A stretch of DNA of 64,000 nucleotides from an uncultured Dehalococcoidia bacterium (GTDB lineage: Bacteria > Chloroflexota > Dehalococcoidia > Lucifugimonadales > UBA3495), in contig CATMOE010000003.1 in assembly GCA_950072105.1 (NCBI GenBank), positions 76,938-140,937 of the forward strand. The letters run 5' to 3'. Both the position numbers and the translations under genes were made by a program. The notes under the pieces were generated by a model. It made no database searches. It was not told the DNA's origin and saw only the letters and a list, made by a program, of their open reading frames with translations. How positions within the stretch are numbered: position 1 is the first letter of the stretch; each line of letters opens with the position of its first letter. Shown piece by piece: positions 1-8,386 of this stretch.

Positions 1-298
1 TAATCCGGCGGGCCGTCGCCTCCGGGTCGTTAACTATCCGCCCCCGCAGCGTAACAGTTTCCTTTCCCTGCACCGCCAACGACCTAACGGTGACTTCCCA
101 GGCTTCAATCCGTAACAACCCCGCCAACAGGACGACCACCAGCAACACCGGCCAAAGAGACCGCCCCAGCAACCGCAGCAACAACCCCGCCGGCAACGCA
201 GCGAGTAGCAGCAACGCAACCGGAAGGATACCGGCTTCGAGGCTTAAGCCGATTAAGATCCCGGCCAGCCAGGCAGCCACAAGTAAGGCTAGCTTCAC
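1..298 (-). CDS. comEC: ComEC/Rec2 competence protein, N-terminal part (runs off window start)
   Basis: GTG at 298 is preceded by an AGGAG RBS. It translates MKLALLVAAWLAGILIGL...LLRIEAW...VTLRGRIVNDPE, hydrophobic helices followed by an OB-fold-like start typical of ComEC. It lies downstream of comEA on the same strand and is not in the ORF track because it is truncated. Confidence 0.7.
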   Translation of the reverse strand, partial: MKLALLVAAWLAGILIGLSLEAGILPVALLLLAALPAGLLLRLLGRSLWPVLLVVVLLAGLLRIEAWEVTVRSLAVQGKETVTLRGRIVNDPEATARRI

Positions 299-501
299 GC
301 TGTCTCCTGAATGTCTGGATCCCTTTCAATCAAGTAAGTCCCTCGCCCCTTGATCTCTAAAGCCCATTTTTACCCACCAGGTCAAGTAGTACGATAGAAA
401 GTATCAACAGGGACCCGGCAATGTGAGTGTAATACGGGGTCCGGGACTCCTAATAAAGTAAGAAAAGGGCGAATCCCATGGTGGCTGTGGAGATATGATC
501 G

Positions 502-579
502 GTGGCGACTAAAGTAGCCATTCTGTTCGTCATTGGCACAGTGGTGGTGGCTTGGTACTTTGTGGTCTCTTGGCTATGA
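502..579 (+). CDS. Possible 25-aa single-TM peptide (MATKVAILFVIGTVVVAWYFVVSWL)
   Basis: GTG 502 to TGA 579, with GGAG about 9 nt upstream. The product is uniformly hydrophobic. Confidence 0.3.
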   Translation: MATKVAILFVIGTVVVAWYFVVSWL

Positions 580-650
580 GGATCCAACATCAGGAAGAGG
601 AAGTACGGAGAGGGCGAATCCAATTGCGACCTTGGTGACCCTGGGGAAAG

Positions 651-1568
651 ATGAAATTAGACTCAATATTCCGCGTATTCTCTCGGCGATCTCCTGATGA
701 AAGGGCGGTTGGAAAACCCCTAACAAAAGAGTTTCGAAGCCGATTCGCGCTCCTCTGCCAAGACGCGATCAAAGGAGATGACGCCACAACTTTTTGGGGG
801 GCAATCCATAGAAATCTTCAAATGCTTCACGGGCGACAAAGGCTATATGCTCAGTCGCTAAAAATCCTGAGCGACCTCGACGATCTATCGGAATTCGTAA
901 ACCGATGCAGTGACAATCACTTCTTCGACTTTGTGGAGTTCATATTCGGGTCCGAACATCTATGGCGGTTCGGTTCGGACGCAAATCATAATCGTTTCGT
1001 CGAGGATGTCAACCGTTTGTTCGAGGTGGACGACTTACCATACGCCCTGACGGGATTCGTCCGTCAAGAGGGAGTCGGCTCGTTCCATGGTAGTCCAACC
1101 AAGACTATAGAGACGACTGCTTATCCCCGAGTCATTCTCCGGGACAGCCAGGTCGAACACGCTGAAATAATTGAGCCAACACTAACACTGTTGACCGGTG
1201 CTGACTTCAAAAGCGCAAACGATGAATTTCTCGCAGCGCTTACGGATTACCGGAAGGGAGACTATGGGGATTGCTTAACGAAATGTGCGAGTTCCTTTGA
1301 AAGTGTGATGAAAATCATTTGCGACCGCAAGAAATGGCCTTTTAAGCAGACCGACACGGCCTCGGACCTCCTCAAGATTGTTCGTCCGAATACAAACTTG
1401 GATTCGTTCTTTGACCAGCCGCTCATGATTATAGCCACTCTAAGGAACCGTATCAGCACGGCGCATGGCGCAGGCACTCAGGTGAAGGCTCCCCCTAGTC
1501 ATCTTGCCAGATATGCAATCAACGCCACTGGTGCGGCGATTCTCCTCCTTGTAGATGAGACGTCTTAG
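651..1568 (+). CDS. Abortive-infection-family protein with C-terminal HEPN/Abi_C-like domain (AbiJ-like architecture)
   Basis: C-terminal 'GDYGDCLTKCASSFESVMKII...LRNRISTAHGAG' matches the Abi_C/HEPN pattern (R-N-x4-5-H). GC is lower than the flanks by eye. Confidence 0.65.
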   Translation: MKLDSIFRVFSRRSPDERAVGKPLTKEFRSRFALLCQDAIKGDDATTFWGAIHRNLQMLHGRQRLYAQSLKILSDLDDLSEFVNRCSDNHFFDFVEFIFGSEHLWRFGSDANHNRFVEDVNRLFEVDDLPYALTGFVRQEGVGSFHGSPTKTIETTAYPRVILRDSQVEHAEIIEPTLTLLTGADFKSANDEFLAALTDYRKGDYGDCLTKCASSFESVMKIICDRKKWPFKQTDTASDLLKIVRPNTNLDSFFDQPLMIIATLRNRISTAHGAGTQVKAPPSHLARYAINATGAAILLLVDETS

Positions 1569-1667
1569 GCTGGGAATGGCTGAGCGCTAACACTTCGCGG
1601 GTTAGGTGGACGCATCCGAGACGGACTGACACGTAGGACCGAATAGAGGTGCTTGAAGGTACACGCT

Positions 1668-2267
1668 TTGGACTGGAGATTGTTCACCGTCGCTATCGTC
1701 GGAGATTTGATTTGGCCGATTACCGCCCTCATCGTATTGTTGGTATTGCGCGGTCCGATCACTACGTTGCTGGAGACGATAAGTCGATTTAAGGCGTCAG
1801 GGTTTGGATCAAACATCGACGTAGACTTCGGTGTACAAGCCTCAGGGTTGGTCGATAGTGCGGTCAGTTTAGTTGGCGAGCATGAAACGGGAATCCTAAT
1901 TGACCCTCCAGTTGGCGATGTACTACCAGATCTCGAAGATCGTTTCAAGGACCTTACATCGATTGTTTACGTCGCCCCGCAAGGAGCTATCCTCGAGGCT
2001 TGGAAAATAATTGAGCAGGAGTTATCAAGGGTGGCCCAGCTGCATGGTATAGGGCAGCCAGCTCAAAATCGTTCTATAAGGAGAATGATAAACGATATGT
2101 CAGATTTGGGGTTCTTGCACAAGTCCGAGGCGCTGCTACTTGACGAGCTCCGGTTCCTTCGCAATCAAGCCGCCCATCCAAACACCAAAAACGAATTATC
2201 GCCAGAAAGCGCTCTCTATTACCTGGAGGCTACTAACTTGGCGCTAACTCTACTACGGTCCCATTGA
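1668..2267 (+). CDS. Membrane-anchored protein with C-terminal HEPN-like (DUF4145-like) motif
   Basis: Likely TTG start at 1668 (MDWRLF...; ORF track starts at 1653). It has an N-terminal TM segment 'LIWPITALIVLLVL', then 'AILEAWKIIEQEL' and 'LRFLRNQAAHP' (RNxxxH). Confidence 0.55.
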   Translation: MDWRLFTVAIVGDLIWPITALIVLLVLRGPITTLLETISRFKASGFGSNIDVDFGVQASGLVDSAVSLVGEHETGILIDPPVGDVLPDLEDRFKDLTSIVYVAPQGAILEAWKIIEQELSRVAQLHGIGQPAQNRSIRRMINDMSDLGFLHKSEALLLDELRFLRNQAAHPNTKNELSPESALYYLEATNLALTLLRSH

Positions 2268-2282
2268 CGTTGTAGTTAGAAC

Positions 2283-2302
2283 CGGCTGCGTAGACGCTGC
2301 CG
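2283..2302. terminator. Imperfect hairpin between convergent genes
   Basis: CGGCTGCGT-AG-ACGCTGCCG lies between the stops of the HEPN gene (+) and comEA (-). Confidence 0.35.
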
Positions 2303-2331
2303 AGCGACAATAAACACATTTATCTTCCAGG

Positions 2332-3008
2332 CTAAGGCAACTCACCAACAATAACCAATTCCCGGATCTCCCCAAAGATGGACGGTCCTATCCCCTTGAC
2401 CCGCGTGATTTGCTCAATGGTGAGGAAAGGCCCGTTCAACTCCCGGTCGGCAACGATATCCCCCGCCCGCACCGGTCCGATGCCTGGTAGCGTTTCCAGC
2501 AACTCGGCGGACGCCGTATTCAGATCGATCAACTCTCCAGAGGACTGTCCCTCGCCGCTCTTTGAGAAGCTGCTGGAGCTGTGACAACGTTTGATTCGGG
2601 GTCGGGTGGCTCTCCGATTCTTGGGATCTTGTATTGGGCCTCGTCTTGAACCCGGAGGGCCAAGTTGACCGCTTCCAGGTCGGCTTCAGGTGTTTCGCCG
2701 CCCGCTGCCTCCACCGCATCGATCAACCGGTCCCCTGGTTTTAACGTGTATACTCCTGGCCGGCGAACCGCGCCGCTGACATAAACCTGGAGTTCAGGCT
2801 CGGATTCGGTTGTTTGGGATGATCTAGTTCCGGCCGGAGCATTCCCGCCAGCCGAATCTTGGGGTGTGGGTAGGATTATCCGCACCGGTGTGTTGCCGCC
2901 GCCACGGCTGATTAACGCCACCCCGGCGATCACTATGATGACCACCAAAGCGCCCAGAACAACGACCGCTAATTTTTTGAATTTCGATTCAGGCATGTCC
3001 CTTCTCAA
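2332..3008 (-). pseudogene. comEA: ComEA DNA-uptake receptor split in two ORFs: TM+SLBB domain (2529-3008) and helix-hairpin-helix domain (2332-2532)
   Basis: ORF1 has a TM anchor plus 'VYVSGAVRRPGVYTLKPGDRLIDAVEAAGG...VNLA'. ORF2 reads 'IDLNTASAELLETLPGIGPVRAGDIV...VKGIG'. The frames are offset by one base and overlap at TTGA. Confidence 0.8.
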
Positions 3009-3085
3009 AGGCTTGACGGTTGTCTTGTGTTTAACGCCGGTATCCGATTATAATTTACCCCAGTTTTTGACGAAAGGGGTCACAG

Positions 3086-4045
3086 TTGAGCACCAATAAA
3101 ACCTCCACCGGCGAAGAGCTTCTGGCATTCTTTCGGGGCGAGTACGTGCCCATCAGCGAGGCGCGCGTCAGCGTCATGACCCACGCCCTGCATTATGCAA
3201 CCGCCGTGTTCGAGGGAATCAGAGGCAACTGGAACGAAGAAAAGGGCCTTATACATATTTTCAAACTGCGGGAGCACTACGAGCGCATGCTCAAGGGCTG
3301 CCGCTTGCTGATGCTGGATATTCCCTACTCTTTGGAAGACCTCTGCCAGATCACAGTTGAATTGGTGGAAAGGAACGGCCACCGGCAGGACATCTATATC
3401 CGCCCTCTGGCTTACAAGAGCGCCGAGTTGGTTGCCAACCTGAAGCTGCAAGACCTGGCCAGCGACTTTACCCTTATTACCGTCCCCTTCGGCAACTACT
3501 TAGGCTCCGACGAGCTGCGTTGCTGTACATCTTCATGGCGCCGTCCGGAAGACACGATGATTCCCACCCACATCAAGAGCAGCGCAAGCTACATCAACAG
3601 TATCTTGGCCAAGACAGAGGCCACTCTGGCCGGATTTGATGAGGCCATCATCCTGAATCAAAAAGGCCAGGTTTGCGAAGGCTCCGGCGAAAACCTCTTC
3701 ATGGTGTCCCGCGGCCGGTTGATAACACCGTTGTTGGAAGACAACGCTTTGCCGGGGTTTACCCGCGATACCATCATGGATCTGGCCGTACGGGAGTTCG
3801 GCCTTGAAGTCGTGGAGCGAAGTATCGACCGTAGTGAACTATACCTGGCCGATGAGGTTTTCCTGACCGGCACGGCGGCTCACCTAACGCCGGTGGTGGA
3901 GCTGGACAGCCGGGCCATCGGCGACGGAAAAACCGGACCCATTTCCAACAAGCTGCAGAGAATGTACTTTGACATCGTGTTGGGAAAGAATCCCAAATAC
4001 CTCCATTGGTGCACCACCGCGCAGCCTCGCCTAGTTACTGCTTAG
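3086..4045 (+). CDS. ilvE: Branched-chain amino acid aminotransferase (PLP class IV)
   Basis: Motifs 'HALHYATAVFEGIR', 'YIRP', 'EGSGENLF', 'LPGFTR' and 'DEVFLTGTAA'. TATAAT at 3049-3054. Confidence 0.92.
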   Translation: MSTNKTSTGEELLAFFRGEYVPISEARVSVMTHALHYATAVFEGIRGNWNEEKGLIHIFKLREHYERMLKGCRLLMLDIPYSLEDLCQITVELVERNGHRQDIYIRPLAYKSAELVANLKLQDLASDFTLITVPFGNYLGSDELRCCTSSWRRPEDTMIPTHIKSSASYINSILAKTEATLAGFDEAIILNQKGQVCEGSGENLFMVSRGRLITPLLEDNALPGFTRDTIMDLAVREFGLEVVERSIDRSELYLADEVFLTGTAAHLTPVVELDSRAIGDGKTGPISNKLQRMYFDIVLGKNPKYLHWCTTAQPRLVTA

Positions 4046-4183
4046 GCAAACCACACCCGATAAAGAACCACCGGATTGCGGGTAGGCTATCCTGGTTTTG
4101 CGTCCGGCTTACCCTTCGGTTATTCCCACAGTCGCGATACGCAAAAGGACGAAACTAGAGAATTTCTCCGGGGAGATGGCGAG

Positions 4184-4798
4184 TTGCCACCCAACGGGAC
4201 GATCTGGTTGATCTCCGGCCTGGTTTCCTATCTGATAGGAGGCCTGCCAACCGCGTACATCGCGGCGCGGATGCTCAAAGGCCAGGACATCCGGAAGCTG
4301 GGTGACCGCAATGTCGGGGCGGCCAACGTCTATCGCAACATCGGCCCAACCGCCGGTCTCGCGGTGGGCGCCGTAGATATAGCCAAGGGTGCGGTCGTGG
4401 TTTTGCTGGCCCGCGTTCTAGTAGATTCCACGGTTGCCGAAATGATTTGCGGAGTGGCGGTTATCGCTGGTCACAGTTGGCCGGTCCACTTCCGGATGAA
4501 GGGCGGACGCGGCGCGGCCACGGCAGTCGGTGTGTTAATAGCGATGATGCCCGCACTGGCGATTCCTTTGTCTCTGTTGGCGGGGGTGGTACTGTTTTCG
4601 ACCAAAAGCGCTATGAAAACTCTGAGTTTTTTCCTCATCGGCGTGCCGTTACTGGCTTGGTGGCCCGCTCACTATTCCAACCCCGTAGTCATTTTTGCGC
4701 TGGGTATACCGCTGATGGTTGGGTTTAGCCACTTCTTGAGCGTAAGGCGGCGAACCGGTCCCGGATCGGTTGGTGAACCGGCCTTGCCCCGCGGCTGA
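4184..4798 (+). CDS. plsY: Glycerol-3-phosphate acyltransferase PlsY family
   Basis: Motifs 'SYLIGGLP', 'DIRKLGDRNVGAANV', 'DIAKG' and 'GHSWPV..RMKGGRGAAT'. Probable TTG start at 4184 after GGAG. Confidence 0.85.
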   Translation: MPPNGTIWLISGLVSYLIGGLPTAYIAARMLKGQDIRKLGDRNVGAANVYRNIGPTAGLAVGAVDIAKGAVVVLLARVLVDSTVAEMICGVAVIAGHSWPVHFRMKGGRGAATAVGVLIAMMPALAIPLSLLAGVVLFSTKSAMKTLSFFLIGVPLLAWWPAHYSNPVVIFALGIPLMVGFSHFLSVRRRTGPGSVGEPALPRG

Positions 4799-4804
4799 AT
4801 ATCC

Positions 4805-5281
4805 GTGGCCGGCTCCTTCGTTCCCGACTACCTGGTCCTGGTCTTCTTCGCCTCCTGTGGCGTTTTCCAGATGGCCGCGGCCTGCAACGGACTCCACGGC
4901 CTGCTTTTTTTCAAAGGACGCCGCACCGCCTTCATTTTCGGTCTCGTTCTGTGGGTTGCCGCTTTTGCCTGGTTCTTCCTGTCCGAGCCTCGCAACCAGC
5001 CCGACACCACCCTGGGATTGACCGGCAACCAACAGTTCGGATTTTTCTTCGTCGGCTCCGGCGCTGGGCTCACTTTCACACTCTTGATATCTTCCCTGCG
5101 GAACTTGAGCCTTGGCAAAGATCAGATCCAACCCGGACTCGACGCTTTAAGACAGAGCAACTATCTACGAGCGCTCCACGGGACGCTGCGACCTTGGGTG
5201 GCTCTGCTCCGCGGCAGGTCGTTCACTGGACATAAGCCTAGCATCGGAGCCCAAACGCACTGTCAGGAAACCGAGGATTAG
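4805..5281 (+). CDS. Hypothetical membrane protein (3 TM)
   Basis: Hydrophobic segments; packed 6 and 2 nt from the neighbouring co-oriented genes. Confidence 0.7.
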   Translation: MAGSFVPDYLVLVFFASCGVFQMAAACNGLHGLLFFKGRRTAFIFGLVLWVAAFAWFFLSEPRNQPDTTLGLTGNQQFGFFFVGSGAGLTFTLLISSLRNLSLGKDQIQPGLDALRQSNYLRALHGTLRPWVALLRGRSFTGHKPSIGAQTHCQETED

Positions 5282-5283
5282 CC

Positions 5284-5874
5284 ATGGATACACTTCTCGA
5301 GTTGGACGGATGGATAGTGTTGTGGCTGAACCGGGGCATCGGCCATTCCGCTGTTTTGGACGGGGCTGCATATCTAGCCGTCAGCGACTACTTCGTGCCC
5401 TTGTCCATGTGTTTTTGGATGCTTGGCCTGTGGTTTTTCGGCCCCGACTCTGATACCAGAAGCCGTAATCAACGGGCTGTCTTGGCCGCTGCCATTGCTT
5501 TAGGGTTCGCCAATCTGGCGGTGCTGCTGCTGGACCAGGCCGTGTTCCGGGCCCGCCCGTTTACCCGATTCGACCTGGCCACCCTATTCTACGCGCCTAC
5601 CGACTCATCCTTTCCCGCAAATCCCGCGGCGGTCGCCTTCGCGATGGCTACGGCGGTGTGGCTGGGCAACCGTCGGGCCGCGATTCCGCTGCTTTGCTTG
5701 GGGGGCGTCTGGTGCCTGGCCCGGGTCTACAGTGGACTCTTCTATCCCAGCGATATCCTAGCCGGGAGCCTTATCGGCGCGGGCGTTGCCTGGTTGGTTA
5801 CCCTGGGGATGAGGCGCATCGAGCCGGTGCCTACCTGGGTGCTAAACGGCGCCCGGTTTTTGCACTTGGCTTGA
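5284..5874 (+). CDS. PAP2-family phosphatase (undecaprenyl-PP phosphatase-like), degenerate catalytic His motifs
   Basis: Motifs 'RARPF', 'SSFPANPA' (usually SFPSGH) and 'ARVYSGLFYPSDILAG' (usually H-Y/F-P). Confidence 0.75.
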   Translation: MDTLLELDGWIVLWLNRGIGHSAVLDGAAYLAVSDYFVPLSMCFWMLGLWFFGPDSDTRSRNQRAVLAAAIALGFANLAVLLLDQAVFRARPFTRFDLATLFYAPTDSSFPANPAAVAFAMATAVWLGNRRAAIPLLCLGGVWCLARVYSGLFYPSDILAGSLIGAGVAWLVTLGMRRIEPVPTWVLNGARFLHLA

Positions 5875-5983
5875 CGAGCCGGGCCCTTCTTCCGGATTTC
5901 GATCTTCCAGCCACGAATTGCGCCCGTGCACGTATAATAGAACAGGGTCTGGCCGCCCATATCTAAACCTTCAGGAGGGATCC

Positions 5984-7123
5984 ATGGGCTGGTCTTCCCA
6001 TCACGCCGTTGGACTTATCCACTACTCCCCCCAGCATTGCTACCGGGGGTACACCCTGTCTACGAACACTCGTGGCAGCAACTACGCCGACCTCATCGAC
6101 ATGGAAGGCCGGATGTGCCACCGTTGGCACTCCGATGAGGGGATCGGTTACGCTCATTTATTGCCTTACGGGAACCTCCTCATCCGCACCTCTCCACCCG
6201 CCGACGCAGGTGGAGCGGAGAAGATCGGGGGCTCTTCAACGGCCATACTGGAGCTGGACTGGGACGGAAACGTGGTCTGGGAGTACCGCAATCCCATGGT
6301 GCACCATGACTACGAACGCCTGCCTAACGGCAATACCCTGGTCTTGCTGTTCGAAAACCTTTCACCGGAGATGACCGCCAGCATCAGAGGCGGGGCGCCC
6401 GGCGACTCGGACCCGGAGAGTATGTTCGGAGACATAGTCCAGGAGATCGCTCCCGACGGTTCGATCGTCTACGAGTGGAAGGCCTGGGAACACCTCGACC
6501 CGGAAGAGGACGCTATCTGCCCCTTGGAAGACCGCGTGGAGTGGACCCACGGCAACTCCTTAAAAATAACGCCAGAAGGTGACCTGATCGTCAGCTACCG
6601 CCGGATCAGCACGGTGGGAATCGTCGACAAGGCCAGCGGGGATTTCCGTTGGAAATGGGGACGGGGCGAGATATCCCACCCCCACCATCCAACCTATTTG
6701 AGCAACGGCAATATTCTGTTATTCGACAACGGCTTCCATCGTCCGTTGGGTACCTATTCCCGGGTTGTTGAAGTGAACCCGGCCACCAGCGAGATCGTCT
6801 GGGAATACCGGGGACAACCCGCCATCTCCTTCTACAGCCAGGCAACCAGCAGCGCCGAGCGGCTCCCCAACGGCAATACACTGATCTGCGAGGGTACGCC
6901 GGGCCGCATCTTCGAAGTTACGGCCAACAAGGAGGTCGTGTGGGAATACATCAACCCCTTCTTCACGCAGGGGCAACCCCAGGCGTCGGGAGCGCCGGGT
7001 GAGTCCATAAACTCCTTATTTCGCTCCCATCGCTACGGCCCGGAATTCTCGGCCTTCAAGGGCCGTGACTTGGACCCGAATCGCTACGCCAACCTAAACC
7101 GCCTATACGCGTCTGCAAGATAG
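5984..7123 (+). CDS. Arylsulfotransferase (ASST)-like beta-propeller protein
   Basis: Motifs 'HHDYERLPNGNTL', 'WTHGNS', 'HPHHPTYLSNGNILLFDNG' and 'SRVVEV'. ATG at 5984 after AGGAGG. Confidence 0.8.
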   Translation: MGWSSHHAVGLIHYSPQHCYRGYTLSTNTRGSNYADLIDMEGRMCHRWHSDEGIGYAHLLPYGNLLIRTSPPADAGGAEKIGGSSTAILELDWDGNVVWEYRNPMVHHDYERLPNGNTLVLLFENLSPEMTASIRGGAPGDSDPESMFGDIVQEIAPDGSIVYEWKAWEHLDPEEDAICPLEDRVEWTHGNSLKITPEGDLIVSYRRISTVGIVDKASGDFRWKWGRGEISHPHHPTYLSNGNILLFDNGFHRPLGTYSRVVEVNPATSEIVWEYRGQPAISFYSQATSSAERLPNGNTLICEGTPGRIFEVTANKEVVWEYINPFFTQGQPQASGAPGESINSLFRSHRYGPEFSAFKGRDLDPNRYANLNRLYASAR

Positions 7124-7148
7124 CCGCCAATGTAGGTAGGCGTCGCCC

Positions 7149-7257
7149 ATCGTTGTTCCGGCCCTTCCGCGGAAGGGGAACCCAGGAATAGTTCAGGTTT
7201 CAAGCCGCGCTTCCTGGTTCGGGATCTGCTGGATTTCCGCCTGCGCGGGAATGACGG
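7149..7257. repeat. Degenerate REP-like palindromic element (…CTGGATTTCCGCCTGCGCGGGAATGACG family)
   Basis: The right arm at about 7228-7257 is well preserved with an internal GC hairpin. A degenerate left arm lies at about 7149-7185. Confidence 0.5.
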
Positions 7258-7362
7258 GATGGTCTTAGGATCTTGAACCCCGTCCTTCTAGCGAAATCGG
7301 TGGCGGGGCTGGCGGGCTGCTCGTTTCCTAAGTGACCGCTCCAAAGCCCTGGCTAAGCCCTA

Positions 7363-7371
7363 TGCTATACT
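7363..7371 (+). promoter_or_regulatory. Extended -10 promoter (TG-C-TATACT), probably giving a leaderless mobA mRNA
   Basis: TATACT 7366-7371 ends 6 nt before ATG 7378, and no SD is visible. Confidence 0.5.
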
Positions 7372-7377
7372 TTCCCC

Positions 7378-8040
7378 ATGACCACCGGGCATATTCCCGA
7401 ACAGGGGCAAGCCGCTATTCACCCTCCCATCGATCTCGCAGCTACCGGCGTGATTCTGGCCGGCGGGCTTAGCCGGCGGCTGGGCCGGGACAAGGCGGTA
7501 GAGCCCATCGGTGGGCAGCCGCTGATCCAGCGGGTGATCCAGCGGGTTGAGCAAGTGTGCCAGGAAATCGCGGTGGTTGTAGCCAATCAGGACCGAGCTG
7601 CTGGCTTGCCTCTAGAACCACAACATCAGGTGGTGCTGGACCGCTATGCGGGTGCCGGCTCCTTGGGCGGTATCTTCTCCGGGCTGGACGCCGCTATCAA
7701 CCAATGGACCCTCGTCGTCGCCTGCGACATGCCTTTCCTGAACCTCTCGCTGTTGCGCCGCATGTTGGCCCTCAGGGAAGACGCCGATGCCGTGGTGCCG
7801 ATGATCGAAGGCCGCCCCGAGCCGACCCACGCCCTCTACTCCAAAGCTTGTTTGCCCTTCATCGAGCCGCGGCTAATAGCCGGCGACCTGAAAATCTCCG
7901 GTTTCTATGACCAGGTGCGAGTGCGCTACCTCCCTGAAGAAGAAGTTGCCGCCCTGGACCCGGAATTCTTGAGCTTTTTTAACGTGAACACCCCCGAAGA
8001 CCTGGAACGTGCCCTATCCCTGGCGGCCCAGGGAATCTGA
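7378..8040 (+). CDS. mobA: Molybdenum cofactor guanylyltransferase
   Basis: Motifs 'GVILAGGLSRRLGRDKA', 'GSLGGIFSGL', 'VVACDMPF' and 'FFNVNTPEDL'. Confidence 0.92.
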   Translation: MTTGHIPEQGQAAIHPPIDLAATGVILAGGLSRRLGRDKAVEPIGGQPLIQRVIQRVEQVCQEIAVVVANQDRAAGLPLEPQHQVVLDRYAGAGSLGGIFSGLDAAINQWTLVVACDMPFLNLSLLRRMLALREDADAVVPMIEGRPEPTHALYSKACLPFIEPRLIAGDLKISGFYDQVRVRYLPEEEVAALDPEFLSFFNVNTPEDLERALSLAAQGI

Positions 8041-8078
8041 TTCGGACTTTCGGGCATCGCTCCGGGAGTGAAAACATC

Positions 8079-8381
8079 GTGGCTCTGACCAATAAAATCA
8101 GCATTGCCGTCAAAGTAGAGCTATTCGGAACGCCTCGCCTCGCCGCGGGTAGGCGCGAGCTAGAACTTGTTCTACCTGCTGAGACCAGCCGCCAGGAATT
8201 CGCTGCGGCTCTCGCCGAGGCTTGCCCGGCACTTGTCGGGAAGGTGATTCGGGACGACCTGAGCGGCCTGCAAGAAGGCTACGTGCTCAACCTTAACGGA
8301 TTGGCCTTCTTGAATGGCGATGTTCTGCATGTTCAAGACGGAGACGCGGTCCTGATATTGTCCAACCAGGCGGGGGGGTAA
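8079..8381 (+). CDS. moaD: MoaD/ThiS sulfur carrier
   Basis: Ubiquitin-like size, 'VKVELFG' and a C-terminal GG. Confidence 0.8.
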   Translation: MALTNKISIAVKVELFGTPRLAAGRRELELVLPAETSRQEFAAALAEACPALVGKVIRDDLSGLQEGYVLNLNGLAFLNGDVLHVQDGDAVLILSNQAGG

Positions 8382-8386
8382 CCCCA

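Noticed and set aside
1586..1608. CTAAC…GTTAGG between the two HEPN genes as an integron attC site
   Set aside because: Only about 9 nt separate the cores, far shorter than an attC, and the left core does not fit RYYYAAC.
2530..2600. Programmed -1 frameshift in comEA
   Set aside because: No canonical X XXY YYZ slippery heptamer is visible in the linker; an indel or split gene is simpler.
7124..7377. Moco/Tuco riboswitch upstream of mobA
   Set aside because: The structure is explained by a REP-like element, and the -10 box abuts the ATG. An Rfam scan would be needed to exclude it fully.
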